The notes beneath the pieces were generated by a model, which searched no databases, was not told where the DNA came from, and saw only the letters and a list, made by a program, of their open reading frames with translations. A stretch of DNA of 64,000 nt from Harriotta raleighana. Taxonomy: Eukaryota. Shown piece by piece: positions 24,270 to 36,340 of the stretch. The DNA lies in assembly GCA_050575255.1 (NCBI GenBank), contig JBNZDD010013549.1, forward strand, positions 62,001-126,000. Reading direction: 5' to 3'. Both the position numbers and the translations under genes were made by a program. The stretch's first letter is position 1. Each line of letters begins with the position of its first letter.

Positions 24270-24740
24270 AATTACGCCACTTTGGCATAATTGATTCCAT
24301 TTATTCGCCCAAAAGATTGTCCCGAAAAGACAAGTGATCCTGAAGCCGCCTTGCCCGATTTGGATACCTGTTGTTCACTGAATGAAAAGAGCAACGTCGG
24401 GCTGTGGTTTCTAGTCCATTTGGGTGGGGGGAGGGGTGGGAGATGGAGCTGGAATTTAAAGCTTCCGAAGAGAGTCGCGCTGCTAATGGATTAACATAGA
24501 GTTTTGGCATGCTAATGGAGATTGTCTCGTGTAATGAGCTTTTAATTAGGTCTCCTTGGTGCTTGACCCTCTTGTAATCGGGGCCACTCCTGAGAGCACA
24601 GCATTCTCGCACACAGGTGTGAATAAATAGAGTAACAGCCAGGAACATTCCACACATTCCCAAACTGGATCCCCGTCCTCGTAAGCCATTTCTCCGTGGC
24701 TTTTGCACCGCTGGACGTGGACTTTAACCATCTCGCTGAC
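24270..24740 (-). mobile_element. Decayed RTE-clade LINE, RT region
   Basis: TEKWLTRTGIQFGNV (~TxWFxTxTGVxQGxV), LFIHTCVRE, LYVNP, SGKAASGSL..IFW (~IGKAxxAFxxL..IW). Confidence 0.35.
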
Positions 24741-25094
24741 ATTTTTTAAATCAGCTGCTTTTTAAAAAAAAAAATACATTCATTCTTTGGCCTACTCTCG
24801 TCATTTGCAACTCATAGCATTTCTTTTGGAACTGTCGTATTTTTCAGAGCCACGTAATATTTCCAGAAATCACCTAGACTCCAATTGGGGAAGGCGGGCA
24901 CAGGTAAAAGACTGGAATCTACTAAGTCAGACACAAGTTGCACAGAATGACGTGTAACGCGCAAAATATACAGTCAATTCACTTCACAGACCCAAGAGGA
25001 GCAGCAAGGAGGCAAAATCCAATCCTTTAGGGTGATCAATAAAGAGGACTGACCAGGATCTAAAAACATATGCACTTTCTTTATTATAACTTTG

Positions 25095-25222
25095 TGCCTT
25101 CTGTCGCCCGCCCGCCAGCCCCTGCCCTCTCCGCCCTCCACCCCTCCTGATCCCAACCACCACCAGCCTTGCGACATCCTCCTGACATGAAAGGCACTCT
25201 GCAAACGTAATTTGTTGTTATT
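25095..25222 (+). mobile_element. L2 3'UTR + tail
   Basis: C-rich UTR followed by GACATCCTCCTGACATGAAAGGCACTCTGCAAACGTAATTTGTTGTT. Confidence 0.75.
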
Positions 25223-25449
25223 GGCTAAAGGATTCACGTATATATTTTATAGCGATCAGAAATGTCTGTGGCGGAGAATGGAACATTTGATACTTTCCAA
25301 GCCCAGAATCAAATCAAGGCCCTTCCTGCGAGGCTAAATGCTGAGTAAACCCCAACACATTTTAACCACAGCCTTGGGGGAAGAGAGTGGGGGGTGGGTT
25401 GAGGGAGTAGGATCCTTTCTTGACAACCTGGCCAGTAAAAGCCCTGGGA

Positions 25450-25750
25450 TATCACTTAGCTATAAAGACCATAAGGTTTTAGATTCACATCTGTACTGTA
25501 AGTGTAAAGTCTGTACTGAGTTAGTTGTTCTCAGAAGGGCAACAGTTGGGAGTGCTATAATTGGTTTCAACGCCCCCTGGTCTCGGGATTTCCTGCTCCT
25601 AATTGCAAGCCAGTGATTCCATTGGGAAAATGCACGCGGGCTGACATTGGGCGAGGAGAGGATCAGGCTCTTTAAAGAGTTCCTAGAGGGCGGCCGGTAT
25701 CCCAGTGTGAGTAAATACCTTGGTGAGAGGAAGAGAAAATTGGCTGGAAA
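25450..25750 (+). mobile_element. AmnSINE2-like SINE, near full length
   Basis: CTGTACTGAGTTAGTTGTTCTCAG..GTGCTATAATTGGTTTCAACGCCCCCTGG..CCTGCTCCTAATTGC..GGATCAGGCTC..AGAGGGCGGCCGG..GAGAAAATTGG. Confidence 0.75.
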
Positions 25751-26519
25751 AAAACAAACCCAAGAAGAACATTAACTACTGTACCAATAGGGCATCTTTG
25801 TACTTCCCACCAAAGGCATGTTGAGGCCTCTTTGAGTGTCATCAAATGCTGACACTTGGCCAGTTTGTTTTTTTGCGTAGTTGACTCAAGACTATCAGGA
25901 AATGGGCTGAGGCTGCCCAAGCTCATTATACTTAGAACCATTACAGCTGATGGAGAGAAACTTTCATTCCATTTGTCTGGCCTGAAATTGAGGCCAGGCC
26001 TCAAAGGTCAAAGAGCAAGACTGTGCTCATGCTGTGGGTGATGTCATTTATACCTCGCATGCAGTAAAGAGCCACTTTGAAAAGCACTTCTGAAGATTTG
26101 GGGTTTTTCCTTCCTGCTGATGAAACTGCTCATTTATGTTGTGGGCGGTTTCACTAGCGGGAGAGAGAGAAGAAATGTCTGTCGTGGCCAAGCCACATGG
26201 ACACTGGCAGTCTCACTGACTTCTGTCCTCTCCCATCCCCCTTGCCCTGCCCCTTATTGCAATCAAAACTATTTTTATTGAACTCAACAGGACCACAACC
26301 ATGGATACCAGTCCACATGAAACCTTATAAAATAGAATTCTAAACAAGCTTCATTTTGAGGGGGTGTGTGTGTGGGTGTGTGTCTGACACATCTGGAAAC
26401 CTATCACCATGCTTAAGAGTATCCAAACCAGGTATCCCACCTATACATGGAAATTCCGGAAATTTATTTTTCTCCCCAGAAGGGCACATCCAGCTTACCT
26501 AATTCCGGAAAGTATTAGG

Positions 26520-26840
26520 CTTAGATTGGCAAGAACCAAGCCTTGGTATCCTTGAAGAGAGATGAGCCCTTTGTGCTGCCATTTCACCTTGAATCTTCCA
26601 CTCAATAACCTTGACGTCTTTTCTTGAGCCATAACTCTGCACTTTGGGGGAACCACCACCATGTCCCACGGTTGGTCCAGTGTTCAAGGTGGCGTTTGCC
26701 GGCGTGAAAAGTCCCCAGGTGTGTTCACGAGCATTACAATATTGTCCGCAAACAGAAGTGCTGCAATCCTATCAGAATGAGCCTGCGTTCAATAACTTGT
26801 TGAGTGATTTGAGGTGGACACATTGAAGATTCAATGACAC
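26520..26840 (-). mobile_element. Decayed non-LTR RT core (RTEX/Crack-like)
   Basis: IFNV..LNKLL, DRIAALLFADNIVML (YADD-type motif), WDMVVVPPKCRVM, WKIQGE, YQGLVL (~YLG), in canonical order. Confidence 0.6.
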
Positions 26841-27019
26841 TTTTCAAAACTTGTGGGTTGGTAGATGAATATCCGCGAGCCAGGCTAGCTAGAAATCAAC
26901 TGTTGTTTGTTGCAGCTAAAACTCTGATTAGATCGGGAGTTGAACTTAATCTTGGCTTTACATGAGGCACTGAATCCTATTCTCCCACACTGCTGGGTAA
27001 CGAATTGTCATGTTAGACT

Positions 27020-27228
27020 CGAAAGGAACCTTTCACGTAGATGAGGTGTGAGAACGCCGGGTGGTGCGGCAGAAACCGAAAACAACAATGTATTTAAGAA
27101 GAAACTTGATTCATACTTGAGAAGTGAATAGAGGAGATTAGGAAGGGTGGAGGCTTGTGTGAAATATAAACCCCAGAACAGTCTGGTTGGACCAAATTGC
27201 CTGTTTCCATGCTGTAAAACTCAATGTC
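27020..27228 (+). mobile_element. CR1 LINE 3' end
   Basis: FKKKLD-like coding end, then GGAGGCTTGTGTGAAATATAAAC..GGTTGGACCAAATTGCCTGTTTCCATGCTGTAA. Confidence 0.7.
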
Positions 27229-27231
27229 ATT

Positions 27232-27291
27232 GTACTGTGGGACATCTTTCCGAAGTGAAGGGCACTATACAAGTATAATTTGTTGTTGTTC
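27232..27291 (+). mobile_element. Ultrashort L2 3' tail
   Basis: GGGACATCTTTCCGAAGTGAAGGGCACTATACAAGTATAATTTGTTGTTGTT. Confidence 0.7.
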
Positions 27292-27294
27292 ATC

Positions 27295-28868
27295 AAGCTC
27301 TCCTTATCCATCAGCTCTGTTCTCACCCCTGTAAAAGCAGCTGTCAACATCCCATCCTGAAAAAATCTTCCTTCCCTACTCTACAGTTACTGCCCCATCT
27401 CCAACCCCCCATTCCTATCCAAAGCCTCGGAACGAGTTGTTGCGCCCCAGCTTCGCTCCTTCCTTTCTTGCCATTCCCTCTTTGAACCATTACAATCCGG
27501 CTTCCATGCTGCTCACAGCATGGAGACAGCCCTCGTTAAAGTCTCTAACGACATTTTAAACATCTATGCTCTCTCTGCCTCCTGTCCTCCTTGACCCCTC
27601 TGCTGCCTTCGACAACGTTGACCACTCCATCCTCCTGCACCACCTTTCCTCCCAGCTCAATCTTCATGGACCTGCGCTTGCCTGNTATGTGGAGTAAGGA
27701 AACTTGCCCAAAGTTTCGCCCTGAACTGCCTGGATTCGAACACAGGTCTCTTGCTTGCAAGGCGAGTGCTCTAACCATTAAGCCACAGGAGCTCCACTCA
27801 TGGACCTGCGCTTGCCTGGTTCGACTCTTACCTCTCTCATCGTTTCCATTTTGTCGCCACTACCATCTTCTCCTCCAGCCCCCACATCGTTACCTGTGGT
27901 CTCCCCCAGGGATCTGTCCTTGGGGCCCCCCTACTTTTCAATATCTACACGCTCCCCCTTGGTCACATCATCTGCAGACATGGGGTCAACTTCCACATGT
28001 GTGCGGATGATACCCAACTCTATCTTTCTGCCTCTACCCTCGATTCCAACACCACTGTTGTCCTGACAGACTGCCTGTTCAGCCACTCTGCCCTCATCAA
28101 GTCCTGGTCAGACATCAAGGCCTGTCAGATATCGTCCAAGACTGAGGCCCTCATGATCCTCAACTGGTTTTCCTCCCCCACATCCAAGCCATGAACCCCT
28201 CTGCCTTCCCTCACCTCCGCAACATTGCCCAACTCCGCTACTATGAAACCCCTCTGGCCGCTGAAACTCTCATTCGTGCCTTCATCACATCCAGCCTCAA
28301 TTATGCCAATGCTCTGCTTGTCAGCCTTCCCAACTCTTCCTTCCATAAGCTGCAGATCATCCAGAACTCTGAAGCCTGTGTCCTCTCCTACACCAAGCTC
28401 TGTGACACCATCTCCCCCATTTTCGCCCAACTCCATTGGCTCCCCATCACTCAGAGGATTCAATTCAAGATTCTGGTCCTCACCTTTAAAACCCTCCATG
28501 GCCTTGCCCCACTCTACCTCTGTGGCCTCCTAAACTCCTACCAACCTGCCCTCTCCCTTACTCAGGGGGCTCTGGCCTGCTCCATGTCCCCCGACCCACC
28601 TACCCCACCATCGGCGGCCAAGCCTTCAGCCACTCTGCCCCCAACCTCTGAAATTCCATCCTGTAATCCTCCGCTAGCTTACTTCAAGTCCCGCCTCAAG
28701 AACCTCATCTTCGACGGTCCCATCAGTCATCCCCCCACCCCTCCCTTCCTTGCATCCTCCCCGATCCCGACCCAACTTTCGTCTGAAACATTGACTGTCC
28801 AGTGGCTTGGGACGTTCTCCCGACATGAAAAGCGCTATACAAGTGGAATTTTGTTGTCGTCGTTGTTG
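27295..28868 (+). mobile_element. 5'-truncated L2 LINE (RT to 3' tail), frameshifted, internally deleted near 28150-28200
   Basis: [84 protein letters not shown]-type tail. Confidence 0.95.
27686..27797 (-). mobile_element. tRNA-SINE 5' head inserted in the L2; remainder lost at N 27685
   Basis: Minus strand GTGGAGCTCCTGTGGCTTAATGGTTAGAGCACTCGCCTTGCAAGCAAGAGACCTGTGTTCGAATCC; flanked by TCATGGACCTGCGCTTGCCTG at 27664-27684 and 27798-27818. Confidence 0.9.
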
Positions 28869-29334
28869 TAATTCTATGAATAGGGAGAACAATAAAAAGA
28901 AAATTTTCAGAATGATTAAGATTAAGGATGAATTGATCCTTAATTCATTGATTCCAGTGATCAACTATGCAAAGAAGTCAGAGTTTATGTGTACTATTAC
29001 CAGTTATTTTGAATATACAGTAAGACACTGAAGTTGAGCTCCCTAAAAGGCTAATTACATAACTTGCAGAATGATCAGATATTGACCAAGAAGTCAGAAG
29101 ATTTGATCAGGTTTGTGCATTGATCTCGTCTTAGGTCCAAATGCTTTTGAGTTTTGATACTGATCTATACAATTGTAAAGTTTATTTGGTTGGGAAACAA
29201 ATTTATAGTGGATGTTGTTACGAAAGGATGTGACCTCCCTTTGAGGTGTACACCGTTCTCTGAAAACAGTTTGGGACTCTCACAAATTAATCTCGCTCAC
29301 AGACATTGTTTATGTATGTGAACATTTATGCTGA

Positions 29335-29554
29335 TGGGTTCGATTCCAGGCAGGGCAAAACCTTGGGCAAGTTTCCCTACTCCACATGCCGAATGATAAC
29401 CCTTGAAAACAAAACCAAGAATAATTTGGTCACTCAATCTACGACTGTTTGTGGGTCACTGCTGTGACTAATTGGCTGCTGCATTTCGCATTTCGTCAGT
29501 TCACTTTACAGTATATTCTATAAAACACTGAAACATCTAACAGACGTGAAAAGC
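29335..29554 (+). mobile_element. tRNA-derived L2-tailed SINE, truncated
   Basis: GGGTTCGATTCCAGGCAGGGCAAAACCTTGGGCAAGTTTCCCTACTCCACA.. through AGACGTGAAAAGC. Confidence 0.88.
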
Positions 29555-29585
29555 CAGTGAGTGGAAGGGGGAAAAAGGTGACTAA

Positions 29586-29607
29586 ATATATATATATATA
29601 TATATAT
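29586..29607. repeat. (TA)n microsatellite
   Basis: Directly visible. Confidence 0.9.
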
Positions 29608-29629
29608 CCAATTTTTCGAGCAATAAAAT

Positions 29630-29760
29630 CATAAGAACAAGAATTAGGAACAGGAGTAGGCCATTTGGCCTGCCCCACCATTCAGTAAGATCATGGCTGA
29701 TCTTCTTATCTAACTCCACCTACCCGCTTTATCCCCATTTCCCTTAATCCCGTTATCCAT
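29630..29760 (-). mobile_element. CR1 3' end
   Basis: CATAAGAACAAGAATTAGGAACAGGAGTAGGCCATT..CCATTCAGTAAGATCATGGCTGATC is the reverse complement of the CR1 terminus seen at 32780-32855. Confidence 0.85.
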
Positions 29761-30396
29761 GGAGAGGTAGGATGATTCTTACATGATCACTGCCTGTGTT
29801 AGTTGTATTTATTTTTCTGCTTGAGATAGGATTGAGCACCCACACAGGTCTGTGCCCACAAAGGAGGCCAAAAGCAATGGAGTTTCATCACTGGTGACTT
29901 GCTCAGAATTTCCCTGGTAGACTGGAGGCTCGAAATGAAGTTACGATTCCTGATTGGGGGTGGGTACACCTCTTGCAAAAGTTACAGCAAAAGTTGCAAA
30001 ATCAGTGAGCTCACCTAACTCCGGGTAGTGAAGCTACAGATTTAATAGCAGACGAAAAGAGTCCTGAGCTGTCCCCATGTGGTTCTATGTACCTCAGTAA
30101 GTTCCCAGTCTTTGTTCTTGGATCCCCGCAGCACCCAGCCACCAGAGACTACTTTAGAACTGGCTCCCAGTTCACGTGCAGAATGCACAAGGGGTATTAA
30201 TCTCCAAACTGAAGCAATATCCAATGTTAAACTTCCGAAAGAGTAATAATATTTTACATTCATCAAAGAGACATCAACAAGGTTTAGATGCTACATTTAT
30301 GTCCAAAAAATATTTTTTGAATGGTTTCTGGGTGCATAAGAATCAGCAACATTGATTTAGGAAGCAATCCATCTTTATTGCAGTCAGTTCTCAGTG

Positions 30397-30410
30397 GTAA
30401 CCATGGAAAC
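30397..30410. promoter_or_regulatory. RFX X-box motif in a CNE-like block
   Basis: GTAACCATGGAAAC matches GTHNYYATRRNAAC at all positions. Confidence 0.45.
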
Positions 30411-31739
30411 AATCATTTTATTGCTTCTGTGTTTAGATGGTCTTTGACATGATAAAAGTCAGCTGCAGTTCAATGAGCTCACTATTTGTGCAACTTAATT
30501 GCTTGCTTCCTTCAATCTGCACTCGCTTTCCTTTGATGAGGCGGACTGCTGGAAAATTCAAGATATGGTATCCACTCTTAATTAACTACCTTTCTCAAAC
30601 GTATTAGTGAACTGTATCATCGAACTGTTGCATGCAAAGTGTGACCATGTGTCTGGAATGGACACTGTTTTCTGAACTGTGGGAACTCGGGATTTGAGTT
30701 TCAAAGAGGTTTACAAAAACTTATCTGTAGGAGAGTCAAAGCTAACGGGATAAAGTTAGGAAATTCATTAAGAACATGTATTTACTTGTTTGACAAGAAG
30801 TGGGTAACATTGTGAAGCCTTCTGTGTTGTAGAATGATAATCAAGGACTGGATATAATTTCGACTTCATTACCGATGCAAAGATATTTGGACCTGAGCCA
30901 ATGACAGGAGCTCTCTCGTCAAATATGAGATAGAGGTATTGCTTTCTAATGAGTTTCAAACTTTGCTGTGAGGTTTTGAAAACTTTCTTTGAATTAAGGG
31001 ATGATAAAGCTTTGATAATTCACAAGTGCTGCTATTTTGGTACTGCCCTATTGTGATGCTGAAAATAGACCAATACTTGTACCCTGTGAAGCAGCGAGAG
31101 ACTGTGAGGTTTTATCTCACTCACACAAGCTTTTTAGATATATTAGGTGTCATTTAAAGATCTGGATACTTTCCAGTGATTTAACAGGCTATCATTAAAA
31201 CACTTTTGCGAAAAAATATGATAAGGATGTGAAATCTGTAACGTTTATATGTTGAAATGTTCATGTCGTGACTATTCGGGCGGAAATGGTGGTGGGGGCT
31301 GGTGGGGGTAAGGGTTATGATGGTGTTAGTTATTGGTTCCTCATCCAGGCAGATCTGCAGCACTCCAATGCATCGATGACAAACCAGCTAACCTGGGTCA
31401 TCGGCGGACCTGGAGTGGCAGGGATTCTCCCCGCTTGGCTCCTATAACCCTTAGAAAGCCCACACTCTTCTAAAGGACAGAGTGATCCTAGCTGGAGAAG
31501 TAGTGAGCTGCTTATCACACAGTGCCCACATTGACAATTGATGAGGTTTTGCTCTGGTTAAAACTCCAGTTCTATCCCAACATGTACACTGGCCAACTTA
31601 CATCCACATCAAGAAGATGTCGATCTAAAAACATTACCAGCAGAAAGGGAGCTTCTATCTTTCAATGATGACTCACTTATTGGGTCGTAGGGATTGCCCA
31701 AATTTCATTTTGTTGTGGTTTACCTCCAATCTACAAAAT

Positions 31740-32100
31740 CTTTGGAATGAACGGCTGGTATGTAGTCAACCTCTGTGATGCTGATGATAATATTTTTCAC
31801 ACTGGACACAATTGCCCACGTATGTCTCCATTGTTAAAGCAAAGCGTCACCTTTCTGAAGTGCGGCAATATTACCGACAGTCCGAAGCGTCCCGTGAAAG
31901 GCCAACCTTTATTGAGCAGTCAAATTGCCCACATGTATTAAAAAGGTAGGAATCCCGAGCCACAGCTTGTGATTTTAAACTGATCAGCAAAATACTCGGA
32001 TCGCCGATTATTCCGCAATTGTTTTTCTGTGCTCGGGGTTTGCACCACTCTCTCAGATCAAAGGGGATTCCAATTAAGACTGTTTTAATATGTGGACAAT
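31740..32100 (+). mobile_element. Decayed RTE-clade LINE RT core (possibly extending to ~32540)
   Basis: GMNGWYVVNLCDADDNIF..MSPLL (~GxxIxGxxIxNLRYADD..LQxLL), then KILGSPI (~YLGSxI). Confidence 0.55.
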
Positions 32101-32599
32101 TGTTCAGCTCATGTGGATGATTTATTAACCAGTCACTGCTCTGACTGGGTCGAATTCATGCCATCATATGTGGCATCTGCACAGTGACCAATTGATCACA
32201 GCATGTTGATTACACTGCCACACAGAAAATAGTCATGCAGTAATTGAAATAAAGCTCTCAGATTCCTATTAATTGTACGAGATGCATGAAATCAATAAGA
32301 TCAAGGTAAAACGTGGAATGAAAGCAACAATGAGCCTGCGTGGCGGATTAATTCAACCCCTTTTTTTTTAAAAATGATCGCTTTGTGTGGTTGAGTAGGC
32401 CAGTCAAATTGCTGAGATGAGAATTGAAGTGTTAGTAAATGAATAAATTGAGGCCACTACAGGATTCCAAATTATTCAACAGTCAGATGAGGAAGATCAC
32501 ATCCCATTGAGTCATGAGGCTGGCGATTTTGTGGCTTCGGGCTTTTTTCAAGGTGAAATAAAACCACTGGAAACACTCGGCTTTCTTTCTATGTTGAGA

Positions 32600-32855
32600 A
32601 CAGGAAGCACTGTTTCACTTAAAAGCTGATAGGAATCTGGAACTTTTCCCCCCCAAAATGCTGTGGATCCATCCACAATTTTAGGAGTGAGGTTGAGAGA
32701 TTTTTGGTAGGTCAGGAAATTAACGGACATGGAGAAAAAAGTGGGAAATTGGAATTGATCTGATTGATGATGGCCGATCACTCAGATCAGCCATCATCTG
32801 ATTGAATGGCAGACAGGCTCGAAGGCTTGAATGGCCTACTCCTGTTCCTATGTTT
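32600..32855 (+). mobile_element. CR1 LINE 3' end
   Basis: IWN..PQNAV-like coding end; CAGATCAGCCATCATCTGATTGAATGGCAGACAGGCTCGAAGG..GAATGGCCTACTCCTGTTCCTATGTT. Confidence 0.88.
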
Positions 32856-34534
32856 CGAACGTCTTATGGAACCCACAGAATCGCCCCTCTGGTCTGAATC
32901 ATTTACTCTGCTCTGATTCCCAAATACCTTCACTACAAATTGGTGACATTAAAATGAATAGGCTGCATTATTTAAAAGTAGATGCAAATTTGCAAAACTG
33001 GGGTTATACAGTATTGCGATTTCAAATATCCTAGCTGCAGTTGGTTATGAATCAAGATTTTCTACAAATAGTAGTTCTATAGACAAATGGGTAGTGTAGC
33101 TTGCTATATAAATGAAAGTTGTTGTTTTCGATCTGGAATCTGATATCATTTTCCTCTGCGAAAGTTTATCAGATAGTGTAAGTGTTGATTTCCTTACAAA
33201 ACCGGGGTGTCAGGAACAAGCATTTAAACTCGCTAGCACTGGCGCATTGGATTAAAAAGCGCAAAGGAGTCCAATACCCATTGAATTGTGTTGAAGGAAC
33301 TGTAAATGTTCTGCAGGTGAAATGTTTTACCCTTGCCATTAACCCTTCGACTGATATCACTAACGTTTTGTTGGAAGCTAGCTCTATGAGCAGTTAGGCC
33401 TATATAGTTACTGTTCCAGACATGGCTTTATATTATTTAACAACCTTTTTGGCAATCTGTCTATAGCCGCTGTGGTTTCAATTTTTGCTTTCTTTTCTAA
33501 TGGTTAAAATGGATAGTAATGTCTTTGCCAAGAGAGGTCTAAACTAATCTGTACCCAACTGTGGTTACGTTTCTTTACTCCATCCCATTATTGCCTGAGC
33601 CTCATATCCTCAACCTGCTAACACCATCAACAAGACCAGCCTAAAACTGACCTGATTGTCCTGAACCCACCATCATAAGCTAAAATATCAGCAATCTCAA
33701 GAACTCCATTCGTTACCAGGTTTGGAGATAATCTGATGGAGGCAGAGCACACTTCATAAATTCTGTTGTTTTGGTACTTCTGCATCAAGGAGCCAGTGAT
33801 CGCTTGTGGCTCATTAGTGGCGTCTTTCCTCAGAAATGATTGGGTTTCCGTTCTGGCTGTCAGAGACTGTCAGCATCTTGGTCCAAACCTGACCTGACCT
33901 TAGGGCAGAGTGACCTTGCTCGAACCCAATCTATTGAATTTTAGGTGTTGTATGCTTCATAGATTTTTGGAGTGCACTCATTAATGCTTCTCACTATCGC
34001 TCAGTCCTGCAGAAAATACCAGCAAGGAAAGTATTTCCGCCAGGACTTGTGTTTTAGAACCTGGGGATATATTTTGAGGCAGACATCTAGATTATCTGGG
34101 TTCGTCTCCAACCAAACATTTAAATTTCACATCTGTACGATTCCTATCGGAGCCCTGTTTATTCATTGACAGAACATGTGTCACGTGAATTTCATCTCTG
34201 CCTTTCCTGATACTGTACAGGAAGAATAAAAAATAAAATAAAAATAGCTGATTTGTACTGCTAGGTCAAAACAACAAAGTTCTAACAAGATAGACATTTC
34301 TGCAGAAAGAAAGCAGAGGTGATGCTGCTTCTTAAGTCTACAACTAAGGGTGCCCATCTGACCAGCTTATCACAAACATTTTTTTTTGTGAGCTAACAAA
34401 AAAAAGATTCTTGGTAAAGCTCCCTCTGAAATTCCTGAAAGGCCAAGTTAATTCCCATGTAAATATAGTAAGCATTACAGAATCCCTACTTTCATACCTA
34501 CCCATGCAGTGACATTGAGGCATAGCTCTTTGAT

Positions 34535-35100
34535 CGAAACAACAGCAGCTTGCATTTCTGTCAAAGAACATCTCAAAGAGGTTGATAAACGGTGCGCAGA
34601 AACAATTAATTCAAAGACGTTGACGGGGTGAAATAAATATGTTTTTAGCAGGTTTTGAAGGCAGTGACGTACATTTTCGAGCCGAGCTTTTAGAGGACAG
34701 GGAGCGAGTGGTGAAAGGTTTGAAAGGTTTTTTGCAACAGTGGAGTGAAGGGAATGTGGAACCTGCAATTGACCAGAGTTGAATGAGTCGAGGTTGAGGA
34801 TTGCAGTGAAGAGCTCTAATGTACTGGTAGTCAATTGACCTTGGCATGGATGAGCCAATGTGTAAAAATAAGAGAATAATATGACTGCAGAAATTAATTG
34901 GGGTTGTGGGGCCAATGCTGTCGTTGGAGGGAGGGGAGGATGTTGACTTAATAGTGAAGATGTGAGGATGGAAGATATACAGGAACTTGGCTTCATTGCC
35001 TTTGGGTTCAAAGAGTATCTTTGCAATACTTTTCCCCCAGGAGACGGAGTGGGTGTAGTAATGTTCACGGTAGTGTAAGTTTTGCGTGGTTGTGGAAGTA
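34535..35100 (-). mobile_element. Old L2 LINE 3' fragment
   Basis: Minus peptide LQVPHSLHST..QNLLKTYLF and tail AAATGCAAGCTGCTGTTGTT. Confidence 0.7.
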
Positions 35101-35754
35101 GATGGTTAGGTGGGCCAAATGGAGCTAAGTGTGTGGGAGTCAAGTAATGATAAAAGCAGTCACATCTCTAATGCCTCCACAGATTGACAGAGTGAGAGCC
35201 CACACTCACTGTTAAGGGTCACATGTGAGATTATGGCCACTTGTGAGGGAAAAACGTGGAGGGGGAGAAACAACAATGAAGTTGAAAAAGTATAAGCTAT
35301 TTTAGCAAGTATCAAAAACAAGTGGTGGTAAATGGAGCAGCAACAACTATCAGACATATGCTGTCTGTAATTCAGCTCAATCTGTTTCTGTTGAGAGCAA
35401 GTTGTTTTGCAGAAGGATATTGGCGTTTTGCACTCATACCATTGCAACATATGCTGTTCTATTTTGCCATTCTTCGAGTGTACTGATCAGAGGTTTTAAT
35501 GTGTTTCACAGTCACGCAACAGGTCCATTGAAAGGAGCACTTCCTCGCAAATTCTGCGAAATAAAATGTTTTCCGACACATAGGTGGGAGCTAAAGGATT
35601 CCACCTGTTTTCTGTAGAAATGATCTTTCCAGTGTCGGTCACTATGGAGATGCTGAAGATCTGGAAGTAGGAACTAAGATCAGGAATGTTCGGTTTGCAC
35701 ATTCCCAATCCAACTTTTTCCCCCCCCCACCCCCGGTGTAACTTTGGGACACAG

Positions 35755-36340
35755 TTCCACGGCCAACGGTTCCTCTCCCAACACCTCATCCAAGTGGTTA
35801 GCATTCATGCATCAGGAGTTATTCCACTGGGAAGGACATAGCATCAGAGCTCAATCACGTCTATAACACAGTTACACATGCACTTTCAAACGAGGTTTGC
35901 TGGATAGTAATCTGAACCTGTCTGAACCTTTTCCTCCCTAACCCAGTGCTGAGTTTAATGTTGTATTCCTGCACTGCGATCAGTGCTCTCTGAAGGAGAT
36001 TACCTTGCTCAGCACAAGGATCAAATCTAGAAGGCATGAAAAGCTGACAGTGGGCATGAAATGTTGACCAGTGTGAAGAGATTTCTGTATTGTCAGTACT
36101 GTACTGTGTTTATTTTTTTCCCCCTGCCCCAGTCCTTCCTGTTTCCTGAGGTGTTCGCTCATCCCAGGGTACAGCTGCGAAGGATTTTTCTTTTCACCAG
36201 ACCAAGGGGCACTGAAAACAATTACTGTGTACCGAAAGCTGTCCCCACTCAAATCAATTAATTTAGTGCAGATCAGGAATTGAACCCGGGACCTTTTGGG
36301 TGTGCGTACGGCAGCTTCGCTAACTGAACTATCAGGGGAA
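35755..36340 (-). mobile_element. AmnSINE2-like remnants (one split copy or two copies)
   Basis: CAGTTCCACGG..CCAAGTGGTTA; GCTGGATAGTAATC; ACCAAGGGGCACTGA..GATCAGGAATTGAACCCGGGACC. Confidence 0.6.

Noticed and set aside
28191-28871. Longest ORF (226 aa) as a host gene
   Set aside because: It is the L2 ORF2 C-terminus running into the 3'UTR; upstream RT is frameshifted and interrupted
33170-33400. Further RT-like relics (also 39200-39450, 40270-40340 and 49250-49430)
   Set aside because: Only single short motif resemblances; too weak to separate from chance
34475-35143. 222-aa minus ORF as a gene
   Set aside because: Decayed L2 3' end (LLKTYLF, L2 tail); open by chance
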